Assembly: GCA_951406725.2 (NCBI GenBank)
Contig: OX597834.1
Coordinates: forward strand, 36,022,001-36,086,000
Reading direction: 5' to 3'
Length of the DNA stretch: 64,000 nucleotides
Origin: Octopus vulgaris
Lineage: Eukaryota
The notes under the pieces: model-generated
The model's database searches: none
What the model was told of the DNA's origin: nothing
The model's input: only the letters and a program-made list of their open reading frames with translations
Program-made: the position numbers and the translations under genes
In this document: piece after piece, positions 51,051-64,000 of the stretch
Layout of the letters: every line of letters begins with the position of its first letter
Position numbering within the stretch: the stretch's first letter is position 1

Positions 51051-52729
51051 ATATATATATCATCATCATCATCATCATTTAGCGTCCGTTCTCCATGCTA
51101 TATATATATATATCGTCATCTTTATCATCATGGCTTTTATGTCTGCTTGGGTGCATAAAATAAAAATACCAAACAAATAACAGATCCTAGGGGGAACAAA
51201 CCACATTAAAAGACTAACATGGAGAACCAGCAAGTTTATAAGATCTCTCCTTAAAAATTACCTCCATGCTATAGCCCTGGGTCGACCAATGCCTTGTGAG
51301 TGGATTTGGTAGACGGAAACTGAAAGAAGCCTGTCGTATATATGTATGTATATATGTATATGTGTGTGTGTGTGTGCGTTTGTCCCCCTAGCATTGCTTG
51401 ACAACCGATGCTGGTGTGTTTACGTCCCCGTCACTTAGCGGTTCGGCAAAAGAGACCGATAGAATAAGCACTGGTCTTACAAAGAATAAGTCCCGGGGTC
51501 GATTTGCTCGACTAAAGGCGGTGCTCCAGCATGGCCGCAGTCAAATGACTGAAACAAGTAAAAGAATAAAAGAAAAGAAAAGAATGCAATTCAAGTGAAA
51601 GAAACCCCCGCAAGAACCTTCTGCAGCAGAGTTTCTCAACCATTTATTTTATCTATGGAACCGTTTGATTATTTTATTCTCATGGATCCCCATAACCATT
51701 TGATGTTTGAAAACTAGTTTCATACATTCTTCTTTCAAAGTTCCTATTTTGTTTTTCACACACTGGGTGCAGTTTTATTATGGCACCAGCACTAGTGAGG
51801 TTATCAGGTCCTTGGCAAAACCATACTAATGAGTCCTCTAAGCACTATTCTTCTTTCACTGCTTGATTTCTCAACCTCTTTTCAGAAGTGCACTAAGTGT
51901 ACAGTAAGCATCATGGCACCAGCACCTGAGTGGTGGTCATGTACCCAGCAAGACTGAAGACTCCTCTCTTGTATGTGTGCATGTGCATATGTGTGTCTGT
52001 GTGTGACTGTTAGCTTTTATTTTTTTGTCCATTTTGTGAGAATGGTGACTAATATCTGTTTTTGTTGATTATGTCAGCTAGACGCTATGACTTCACGTCA
52101 CCAGGATCTGATGACATAAATCCGTATATATTTCTCATCCACCCTGACGACAACAACGGCAGGCACAACCTGAACCGGGTATTCCTTCTTAACCCCCCAC
52201 CTCCACCCGTACCCTTACCCCCATCCCTTCCACTACACCTGATCGCCTCCACTCCCTCCCTCCAAACAGGTCTTTTTATTCCCACCTCCTCTACCCCACA
52301 CCATCACCACCACCACCACCAATTTACACCTTTGTTGTGGCCATACACCAGAAACTGATAATTCAAGGAGCACTCTGTATTTCATAACACAATTTTCTCT
52401 TACCACCCCCCTCTCCCTCTCTCCCTGTCCCTCCCATTGTGCATATTTGCAAGAATGTATTTGTATATATATGTGTAAACAGATGCACACACACACACAC
52501 ACACACATATATATACATATAAATACATGTATGAGCATGTATACATACAAACACACACACACACATATAAACCATATACAATGTTTGTGTCTGTGTACAT
52601 ATAGGTGACTGTATGAATATATATATATATATATGTATGTATCTGCATATACATGTATGTATGCATATGTATATGTGTGTGTGTGTGTATGCATATATAT
52701 ACATATGTATATTTATATGTATATATGTG

Positions 52730-52761
<32 letters not shown>

Positions 52762-52886
52762 TATATGTGTATATATATATATATATAGCATGATTTATTC
52801 GTGATCAAAGGTGTTCGTAAACCAAGGTACTATGTATATATATATATATATGTATTTGTGTGTTTCACTCTAGTATGTGTGTGTGC

Positions 52887-52919
<33 letters not shown>

Positions 52920-54095
52920 TATACATACATACACAGACGTACACACACATGCATACACACACACACACACACTAGAGTGACGATACAGTGCAAGCTGAGG
53001 AATAATTTTACACTCTCATATTTCGTACATATTAAGTTTGCTTTGACCTGAGGCACCCACGAGTACCTTTACTGTAGCTTGAGATGAACATCGATCGAAC
53101 CAGCCTCATTGCTACTTAACAACTCATTATGATCCACATACCTATTTTCCCTAAGATACTGAGCAAAAGTGGTGTCAGACTGCCTATCATGTTAACTCGT
53201 GATTTCCACAACAGAACATATTATTATATTGTCATCCCAAATAACACCAAATCAGTTTAATTACGAGCAAATAAAGAAATAGGAAAAATACAAACAGGAA
53301 AAAAGAGATGGGGTCAAATAAAGCAGCAGAGGATGTAGTGGGATGGATCAACAGGTTGCACACCCCAGAACAAATGACATGCTCAGCTGCATCCTACAGT
53401 CATGACTGACCATGGGATTGCACCTAGAAAGTTACCCTCCCAGGTACAAGTCTGGGCAAGGTTGTTTATGGAAGACCAGCAGTTGCCCATGCATACTGGC
53501 CATCCCTCTCCACGCCACCAGTGTTATCCAAGGGAAAGGCAATGACTGATACAGCTTGGCACCTGTGACGTCGCAGCTCATTTCTACAGCTGAGTGAACA
53601 GAAGCAACGTGAAATAAAGTGTCTTGCTCAAGAACACAACATGCAGCCTGGTCCAGAATTCAAACTCACAACCTCACGATCATAAGCTCGACACTCTAAC
53701 CACTGAGCCATACGCATTCATACTCTCACCTGCATTATGGGTGGTGATACCTGGATCTGCAGCTGATATGATAAAGCTGGACCTGGAGAAGGTGTTGCTA
53801 CATGTCACATCTCAGATTAGAGTTCTGCCTCCCTCTTCATCATCTTCATCATTTAATGCCTGCTTTCCATGCTGGCATGGGTTGGACAGTTTGACAGGAA
53901 CTTGCAAGCTAGAAGACTTCAACAGGCTTCAGTGTCTGTTTTGGCAATGTTTTTATAGTTTGATGCCCCTCCCAGCACCAACCATCCTGCAGAGTGTTTT
54001 AATTTGGTTACTGTTATATTTTTAAGTTCCATCAAGATTCTTTCATGAATATCATGAAGATAGTCTCTCACAGTTGGTAACAATGCAAGTTTGTA

Positions 54096-54362
54096 AGGTG
54101 GCAGGCTGGCAGAATAGTTAGCATGCCAGCAAAATGCTTAGCGGAATTTCGTCTGTCTTCGTGTTCTGAGTTCAAATTCTGCCGAGGTCAACTTTGCCTT
54201 TCAACATTTTGGGGTCAATAAAATGAGTACCAGTTGAGCACTGGGGTCGATATAATCAACTTAAACCCTAAATTGCTGGCCTTGTGCCAAAATTTGAAGT
54301 TACTATTATTATAATTATTAATATTATTATTATTATTACTATCATTATTATTATTATCATCA

Positions 54363-54438
<76 letters not shown>

Positions 54439-54650
54439 GGTGGCAAGCTGGCAGAATTATTAGCACACCAGGTGAAATGTTTAGTGGTATTTTGTCTGCT
54501 GCTACGTTCTGAGTTCAAATTCCGCCAAGGTCGACATCACTGTTCATCCTTTCAGGGTTGATGAAATAAATACCAGTTACGCACTGGGATCAATATAATC
54601 GACTAGCTCCCCTCCCACAAAATTTCAGGCCTTGTGCCTAAAGTAGAAAA
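54096..54650 (+). mobile_element. Two SINE-B copies separated by (ATT)n
   Basis: SINE-B head and core occur twice. Confidence 0.85.
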
Positions 54651-54853
54651 GACTATTATCGTTATTATTATTATTACAAACTTATCTGAACCAAAGGTGG
54701 CAAGCTTCAGTCAATAAATTATATTTTAATTCCCCTCTATTAAACGCTAATAATTACAAATATATACCCATAAAGTGCTGAATTTCTTGTTCAGTATCAT
54801 GCACACATACATCTATACAAGATTAAACAAATATTCTTATCTACTCTAGGCAC

Positions 54854-55124
54854 CAAGCTGGGATCACCAAGCGTAGATTGGCATATTTCGGTCATATTAT
54901 GCGGAGAGAATCCCTGGAGAAGGACATCATGCTCGGAATGGTCAGTGGCAAGAGAGGAAGAGGCCGACCAAGAACCCGCTGGCTTGACACCATTAGGAGT
55001 GATACCGGAATGGACATGGCCAGGCTGAAGGAAGCGGCCCAGGATAGAACTGACTGGAAGACACTGATCCAACGAGTAACCGAGAGTCGACTTCGACTGA
55101 GTGGATAGAGAGAAGAAAGAGACA
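54854..55124 (+). mobile_element. RTE (BovB-like) LINE 3' fragment inserted in a SINE-B tail
   Basis: YFGHIMRRESLEKDIMLGMVSGKRGRGRPRTRWLD...AAQDRTDWK...RLRLSG*, with TSD ctaggcac on both sides. Confidence 0.85.
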
Positions 55125-55992
55125 CTAGGCACAATGCCTGAAACTTTTAGGGAGCAAGGGGAACTGATTAGATGGACTCCAGTACGCAAATGGTACTTAA
55201 TCTATCAAGTCCAGTACACAACTGGTACTTAATTTGTCGACACCAAAAAGATGAAAGGCAGAGTGGACCTTGGTGGAGATTAAACAAATATTATTTTATG
55301 GATAGTGTGGAAATGTGCAAAAATAAGAGGGGGGTCTCTCGGGACCCAAATGGTCTTTTCTGTAATTCTAACCCTGCCGGCTCATGAAGGGTTAGAATCA
55401 TGAAGGCTCATGAAGGGTTAATATCATGAAGGGCTAATCAAGCATCTGGTAGTATTTTGTTTTTTACTAGTTTCAGTCAGGGGGGTTAAAGCCAGGCTGG
55501 GGCATCGCCTTGAAGGGTCTACTTCAATGATTCAACCTCAGTACTTAATTTTCTATAGTAATTGTTCAATTATTCTCTCTTGCTGAACTGTTGAGTCACA
55601 GGGTTGTAAACAATCCAACACCAATTGTCAAGTGGTGGTGAGGGACAAGCTCAAACACAAAGATACACACACACACACACACACACACATGTGATGGGAT
55701 TCTTCCAGTTTCCATCTACCAAATCAACTCACAAAGCTTTGGTCGGTCTGGGGCTAAAGTAGCAGATGCTTGCCCAAGGTACCATGCAATAGGACTGAAC
55801 CCAGAACCATGTGGTTGGGAAGCAAGTTCCTTACCACAGAGCCATGCCTGTTGTTTTGGTTCATTGAACTGTAGCCATGTTTTGGTCATTGAACTGTGGA
55901 CCATGCTGGAGCACCACCAAACATATTTCCCTCTATACTTATTTTTCAGGCTTGTACTTATTCTATGTGTCTCCTTTGCTGAACTGCTAAGT

Positions 55993-56040
<48 letters not shown>

Positions 56041-56044
<4 letters not shown>

Positions 56045-56243
56045 ATCCAAACATGAAAGCACAAAAAACACAACAACGCGAGGACGTGGAACAAAAATAG
56101 TATTATTGGACGCTCAGGAAAGAAGGAAAGAAGGAGGGTTTAACGTTTCGAGCGGAGCTCTTTGTCGGAAACATAGGAGAATGAAAGATCCAGAGAAGGG
56201 AAGACAGAGGAAAAAAATCACCAACGGTACACACGAGGTCACA
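56041..56243 (-). mobile_element. Second copy of the 3090-3307 element, flanked by (TA)n
   Basis: Minus strand gttt CCGACAA agagc tcc gctc GAAAC GTT aaac at 56172-56138. Confidence 0.6.
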
Positions 56244-56752
56244 TTATATATATATATATATCTAGTATTCCACAGCAACAAGAACATGACAAATGTAAAC
56301 AAAAAGAGTTAAATAAAAAAAAATGAAACAAACAAGTCAAACACACACAAACACACACACACCACACATGCACACATGGGATCTGTTTGGTTCGGCCCCC
56401 CCTCTCTCTCTCTTTCTCTCTCCCTCTCTCTCTCTAACACATACACACACACTCACATACATAATCAATTTTGCACACATGGTACACACAGCTACACACA
56501 CACACACACACATACACATCATACACACACATACACATCATACACACACATACACATCATACACACACACACACATACACACACACACACACTGAGTCTG
56601 CCTTTGTTTCTGCCCTCTTTCTCTCTCTCTCTCTTCCACCCTGTCTTTCTCTAACACACACACACACACATACACACACACACACACACACACAACTGAA
56701 AGTAATTAGCATATGGTCCAATAACAACATTATACATCTGTCTGAGTGTATG

Positions 56753-56793
<41 letters not shown>

Positions 56794-57001
56794 AGACTTG
56801 TTTATATAATAGTGACCAAAGAATAATAGACTTGCTACAGTTGGAAAGTGTTTGGGTTTGACAAATAGTAGTAATAGTAGTAGTAGTAGTAGTAGTAGCA
56901 GCAGCAGCAGTAGTAGTAGTAGTAGTATAGTAGTAGTAATAAAAACAGCAATAGTAGTAGCAGTAATAATAGTATTAGTAGCAGCTGTAGAAGTAGTAGT
57001 A

Positions 57002-57037
<36 letters not shown>

Positions 57038-57228
57038 TAGTAGTAGTAATAAAAGCAGCAATAGTAGTAGCAGTAATAATAGTATTAGTAGCAGCTGCAG
57101 AAGTAGTAGTAGTAGTAGTAGTAGTATCAGAGGTGGTGGTTGCTGGGGCTTTTGTAGTAGAGGAACGGAATGGAGAATTAATCAGGGCAGAAATATATAA
57201 TAAAAACAAAAACGAAAATAAAAAAAAA

Positions 57229-57372
<144 letters not shown>

Positions 57373-57569
57373 GTAACATGAAACCTGACCACAAAAAATA
57401 AATAAAAAATAAGAAATAAGAAAAAATAAATAAATAAATAAAATTGTGAGAAATAAAAATATATAAAAAAAAAGAAACGAATAGATGGCTATAAATAAAG
57501 CGAATAAAAATAAATAAAACACGTATATATATATATATATATATGCATATATGTGTATACATGTAAGTA

Positions 57570-57617
<48 letters not shown>

Positions 57618-57882
57618 CGTGTGTGTGTGTGTGTGTGTGTTTGTGTGTGTATATATAAACAAATAAAACAAATAGCTATGTACAGGTGAGTTGTCATTAG
57701 TTACAGGTGTTTTGTAATTACAAATAAAGGAGGGAACATTTTAAATGTCGTTTAATAAATGTTATCATCATCATCATCATCGTCGTCATTGTTGCAGTTG
57801 AAGTTCCCGAGTAAAGGCCTCTACATGGTCACTCGACATGCTAGAAATAGCAGTCAAATCCCCTTCAAATCACACACTTATC

Positions 57883-57929
<47 letters not shown>

Positions 57930-58369
57930 GTGTCATAAAAAACATGGAAGGATAATGCTTAATATGTCACATGGATTCTATCGATTACACTGTTGTATAG
58001 AATGGCTGCTATAATGAATTAGGGTATATATTATATATGTTGTTATGTGTACAGGTGCCTGCATGGCTGTGTGGTTAAGAAGCAGACTTTGCAGCCACAC
58101 GATTTTGAGTTCAGTCCCACTGCGTGGCACCCTGGGCAAGTCTTTTCTACTCTAGCCTCAGGCTGACCAAAGCCATGTGAGTGGATTTGGTAGAAGGAAA
58201 CTGAAAAAGCCTGTCGTGTATATATATATATATATCTGTAAATATAATATGTGACAATTATTCGGTAGCCAAGATAAAACTCTGAGTTATCCGGCCAGAT
58301 AACTGAAGAGATGGGATGGCCAGATAACTGAAGAGATGGTGGTGTGGATTTCCACCTCGGCATCTGAAA

Positions 58370-58685
58370 CTCAAATTCCGCCGAGGTCGACTTTGCCTTT
58401 CATCCTTTTGGGGTCGATAAATTAAGTACCAGTTACGCACTGGGGTCGATGTAATTGACTTAATCCATTTGTCTGTCCTTGTGGGTAGTAAAGAAATAGG
58501 TACTTTGTCTGCCACTATGTTCTGAGTTCAAATTCCGCCCAGGCCGACTTTGCCTTTCATCCTTTCAGGGTCGATTAAATAAGTACCAGCTACACACTGG
58601 TGTCAATATAATCGACTTAATCCCTTTGTTTGTCCTTGCTTGTCCCATCTTTGTGTGGCCCCTTGTGGGCAGTAAAGAAATAAGA
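58370..58685 (+). mobile_element. Tandem truncated SINE-B copies
   Basis: Two cores joined at aagaaataggta. Confidence 0.8.
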
Positions 58686-59123
58686 AATAAGAAACACATA
58701 GCCTGCTTCAGGAATCAAACTCACTACCTCATGGTTGTGGGCCTGATGCTCTAACCACTGAGCCATGATAAGACTGAATAAAAGACAAGAGGATCACAGC
58801 TAGACCAGTGTGGATTATAGGTCTGTTGGATCAGGACTGACCTAGGGCTAAACATGAATGGCATCAACAACAAGAACAATTACAGTCCATCACATGATAT
58901 AATGGCCCTTCACCGTTAGTGATTATCTGCCAGTGCCATGTAAAAGAGCATCCAGTCCACTCTATAAAGTGGTTGGCATTAGGAAGGGCATCGGACCCTA
59001 GCAACCAGGCCTAAAACAGAGACAGTTGGAGCCTGGGTGAAGCTCCCCTGCTGGCCAGCTCCTGTCGGACTGTCCGGCTCGTGCCAGCATGGAGAAGGAG
59101 ATGTTAAATGATGATGATGATGG

Positions 59124-59169
<46 letters not shown>

Positions 59170-59304
59170 AATGATAATGATGATGATGGTGGTGGTGGTG
59201 GTGGTGGTGGTGGTGGTGGAGGAGGAGGAGGAGGAGGAGAGGAGGAAAAGAAGGAGAGGAGGAAGAGAAGGAGAGGAGGAAGAGGTGGAGGAGGAGAGGA
59301 GGAA

Positions 59305-59870
59305 GAAAGACAAGATGCTCCTGGCTAGAGCAGTATCGATTATAGGTCTGCTGAATCAGGACTGACCACGGGCTAAACATGAACAGCATCAACAACAACA
59401 ACAACAACAACAATTATAGTCCGTCAATAGCAAACACTAAGGCCATCACATTACATAATGGAATCCTAGATACACTAAGGCCAAATAAAAGACAGGACGT
59501 TTCTCGCTAGAGCGATATTGATTATAGATCTGTCGGATCAGCATTGATCCGGGGGGCAAAACACGTAAAACAGCAATAACACCAATTATAAGTCTATCGG
59601 TACTTATTATAATCTAGCACATAATAAGACGTAGTCCAAGATACATTATGTCAGAATAAAAGATAAGATAGTCACAGCTGGAGCAGTATTGATTATGGGT
59701 CTGCTGGATCAGGACCGACCCGGGGCTAAATGTAGTCCAGTGATGATAGTTGTTATGGCCGCAACATTACATAATGTAGTCCGAGATACACTAGGACTGA
59801 ATGAAGGACAGGATGGCTGCAGCGAGAGTTGTATTGATTGTTCGTCTGTTCCAGAAGCTAAACAAAACTA
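59305..59870 (+). repeat. Diverged ~170-bp tandem repeat of an interspersed-repeat tail
   Basis: gctagagcagtattgattataggtctgctggatcaggactgacc...ggctaaac near 59323, 59506, 59676 and 59817. A further unit lies near 58798, separated by a family E insertion. Confidence 0.7.
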
Positions 59871-59882
59871 AAAGCTACTTTA

Positions 59883-59928
<46 letters not shown>

Positions 59929-60289
59929 TGTGTGTGTGTGTGTGTGTGTGTGCGAACATGCAAGCACGTATCCATGTGTGTGTGTGCATGTGTGTGTTTG
60001 TGTATGTGTGTGTGTGTTTTTTGTGTGTATGTGTGTTTGTGTGTGTGTGTGCGTGCACGCAAGCACGTATCCATGTGTGTGTGTGTGTGCATGTGTGAGT
60101 GTGTGTGTGTATGTGTGTGTTTGTGTGTGCTTGTGTGTGTGTGTGCGTGCATGCAAGCACGTATCCATGTGTGTGTGTGTGTGCATGTGTGAGTGTGTGT
60201 GTGTGAACATGTGTATGTGTATGTGCGTGCATGCAAGTATGTGTCCATGTGTGTGTGTGTCTATGTGTGTGTGTATGCATGTGCATGTG

Positions 60290-60327
<38 letters not shown>

Positions 60328-60438
60328 TGTGTCTTTGTGTGTGTGTTTTGATGAGCTGCTAGTGAATTGATTGCTGTCCCAAATTATTTCTGTCAAATAA
60401 AATATATAAACGACAAAGAGAGAGAGAGAGAGAGAGAC

Positions 60439-60511
<73 letters not shown>

Positions 60512-60867
60512 GAGTGCTGGAGTTCAAATTCCTGCACATAATCGTCAATGATAAAAGACCCAAGATCAGACAAGATTCCTACAAGAACCCTGCATAGCTG
60601 TCTGGTTATGGACTTCCCTTTCCAGCTACGTGGTTCAGAGTTCAGTCCCACTGCGTGGCACCTTGTGCAAGTGTCTTCTACTATACTCTCCAAAGCCTTG
60701 TGAGTGGATTTAGGAGATGGAAACTGAAAGAATCCCATCACGTATGTGTGGGAGAAAATATATATATATATATTGGGTGAAACATTGCAGCCTGCAGTTT
60801 GACTGCAGCATGGCCACGGTCAAATGACTGAAATTAAGTAAAAGAGGGTAAAGAGAGAGTAAAGCAA

Positions 60868-61738
60868 TCTGATCCAGCCTCTCACACTTACCCTACAATG
60901 TCATTCAAAAAATTAACAATCACATCGTTGAAACCTTCAAACTAAGATAATCCATGATTAATTCAAAATAATGTGTATAAATAACCATTTCATTTGACAG
61001 AGTTAATCTGAATGCTAAGAGGGTTTAGCATGTAAACCAGCCTTATTAGGGTCAAATATTCTCCTTTGTTTTATGATCAAAACAACCTGATCCAGCCTCT
61101 CACACTTGCCCTATAATGTCATTCAAAAAATTAACAATCACATCACTGAAACCTTCAAGCTAAGATAATCCAGAATCTGAATGCTAGAAGGTTTAGTATT
61201 TAAACCAGCCTTATTAGGCTCAAATATTGTTTTATGATCAAAGCAGCCTGATCCAGCCTCTCACACTTGCCCTACAATGTCATTCAAAAAAATTAACCAA
61301 TCACATCGTTGAAACCTTCAAGCTAAGATAATCCAGAATCTGAATGCTAGAAGGTTTAGCATTTAAACCAGCCTTATTAGGATCAAATATTGTACTTTGT
61401 TTTATGATCAAAGCAGCCTGATCCAGCCTCTCACACTTGCTCTACAATGTCATTCAAAAAATTAGCAATCACATCGTTGAAACCTTCAAGCTAAGATAAT
61501 CCAGAATCTGAATGCTGGAGGGCTTAGCATTTAAACCAGCCTTATTAGGATCAAATATTGTTTTAAGATCAAACCAGCCTGATCCAGCCTCTCACACTTG
61601 CCCTACAATGTCGTCCTAAAAATTAACAATCACATCATTGAAATCGCAAAACTATGAGATAATGCATGATTAATTCAAAACACTGAGAATAAATAAGCAT
61701 TACATTTCACAGAGTAATCTGAATGTTAAGGGGGTTAA
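60868..61738. repeat. Tandem array of five units derived from the piggyBac-type MITE
   Basis: Anchor gatccagcctctcacactt at 60871, 61089, 61250, 61420 and 61581. The array ends ggggttaa. Confidence 0.9.
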
Positions 61739-63175
61739 ACCAATGCCAAAGAATGGACTCTTCTGAAAGCATAAATTTGATTTGCAGGAAAAGAAAGAAG
61801 AGAAAAAAATATATTACACCAAATATATAATAATCAAAAAAAAAACCACCGAAAACATAAACAAACAAACAATACAAATCCGATACTTTTGCTTGATTTA
61901 AATTACTCCACCTTGTTCTTGTATGGTAGACAGAGGCGATAAAACTGGCTGTTGCTCACAGAAGTTGTGAGAGAACGTATATTCAATTAAATGAACACCA
62001 ATATATGATTGGTTCTCGGTGTATTGATCTCTCTAAAATCGAAACCAATCTCGTCAGTATTTGACCTCAGGATGTTGTTGTTATTGTTGTTGTCGTTGTG
62101 GCTGTTGTTGTTGTGTGGTGAGAAGCTTACTTTCCAACCACATGGTTCTGGGTTCAGTCTCGGGTTGTGGTACCTTGGGTAAGTGTCTTCCACTACAGCC
62201 CTTGGCCGACCAATGCCTTGTGACCTAATTTTGTAGATGGAAACTGTGTAGAAGCTGATAGTATATGCTTCTTATATCTTTTATCTTTTACTTGTTTTCA
62301 GGGATTAGACTGTGGCCATGCTGGGGCATCATCTTAAAGCGTTTGGTCAAACAAATCAACGCCAGTACTTATTTTATCTAGTAACTCTTTTTTGCCATAT
62401 GGCAAAGTTAAAGGGATGTAAACAAACCAACAATGGTTGCCAAACAGTGGTGGGGGTTAAGCACAAAGACACACACACACACACACACATGCATGCATGT
62501 ATAAACAAGCTTCTTTCACTTTCCGCTTACCAAATCCATTTACAAAGTTTTGCTTGAACTGGAGCTACAGAAGAAGGCACTTGCTCAAAGTGACAGGCAA
62601 TTGGACTGAACCTGGAACCATGTGGTTTAGAAGCACATTTTTTACCACTCACCCAAGTCTGTGGCTCAGTATATATATGTGTGTGTGTATATGTATGTAT
62701 ATATATATATATATATATGTATGTATATATATATGTATATACACACACAAACACACATACTCATATAAATATATTTATTTTGTATTATGTATCATATATA
62801 AAATAAAAACATATGCATACACACTACGAACCACATGGTTCCGGGTTCAGTCCCACTGCGTGGCACCTTGGGCAAGTGTCTTCTACTATAGCCTCGGGCC
62901 GACCAAAGCCTTGTGAGTGGATTTGGTAGACGGAAACTGAAAGAAGCCCGTTGTATATATGTTTATATATATATGTGTATGTTTGTGTGTTGTTTGTCCC
63001 CACCCCCAACATCGCTTGACAACCGATGCTGGTGTGTTTACGTCCCCGTAAATTAGCGGTTCGGCAAAAGAGACCGATAGAATAAGTACTAGGCTTACAA
63101 AGAATAAGTCCTTTAGTCGAGGAACTCGACCCCAGACTGTGGTCAGATGACTGAAACAGGTAAATGAGTAAATGA

Positions 63176-63220
<45 letters not shown>

Positions 63221-63680
63221 TCATCATCACTTTAAAATACATCCTCATCAGCAACACAGGCACACCACTGAAGACTGGGTCTTGGGAATTGCTTGCTCCG
63301 CATTCCTCCATATTCCTCAAGCGAAAAAAAACAACAAACCCCTTGCTAATCTTCTCTCCAGCATATAAACACAAAAACCAAAAACTAAAAAACAACAACA
63401 ACAACAACAACAACAAATTCGAAGAAGACGTCGCAAGTGAGAGATGTCAACGACCTAAACGTATCGATAAAGTATAGAAATACAAAACACTGCAGGTGAA
63501 CGGTATAACAATGTGTGCAGCACCAGTGTAGCTTACTGCTGTTGCACCAAACTGTACTATAACATAACCGTAAGGGGTGTATGTGTGTGTGTGCCTCTGT
63601 GTATATATTTATGTGTGTGTGTGTATGTATATGTGTGTGTGTGTATGTGTGTATGTATATATATGTGTGTGTGTGTGTGC

Positions 63681-63772
<92 letters not shown>

Positions 63773-63775
<3 letters not shown>

Positions 63776-64000
63776 CAGCGAGCTAGCAGAATCGTTAGCG
63801 CGCCGGGCGAAATGCGTAGCCGTATTTCGTCTGCCGTTACATTCTGAGTTCAAATTCCGCCGAGGTCGACTTTGCCTTTCATCCTTTCGGGGTCGATAAA
63901 TTAAGTACCAGTTACGCACTGGGGTCGATGTAATCGACTTAATCCGTTTGTCTATCCTTGTTTGTCCCCTCTGTGTTTAGCCCCTTGTGGGTAGTAAAGA
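63773..64000 (+). mobile_element. SINE-B, little diverged, runs off the window end
   Basis: Complete head and core with CpGs retained. Confidence 0.9.

Noticed and set aside
60868-61738. CRISPR-like appearance of regularly spaced repeats (also 26715-27225)
   Set aside because: The intervening sequences are homologous rather than unique spacers, there are no cas genes, and the context is eukaryotic.

Overview
Eukaryotic, AT-rich, very repeat-dense DNA. The repeat families and microsatellite load point to a coleoid cephalopod, probably Octopus (recognised, not verified). One protein-coding gene is supported: a minus-strand SLC16/monocarboxylate-transporter-like MFS gene with two coding exons (26155-24382 and 18663-18443, about 664 aa). 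Its 5' UTR exon(s) could not be placed. The rest is microsatellites, several tRNA-derived SINE families (labelled A-E here), 3' fragments of RTE, CR1-type and R4/Dong LINEs, piggyBac-, hAT- and mariner-type MITEs, two Helitron-like elements and minisatellites. Almost all ORF-track entries are simple-repeat artefacts. The main hidden signal is a set of minimal type-I hammerhead ribozyme motifs from at least three repeat families. Two lie in sense orientation 888 nt apart in the last SLC16 intron. One of these reconstructs, after removing a nested SINE, as a tRNA-head + (AAT)n + hammerhead element, i.e. a candidate Pol III ribozyme-SINE with Penelope-like features.
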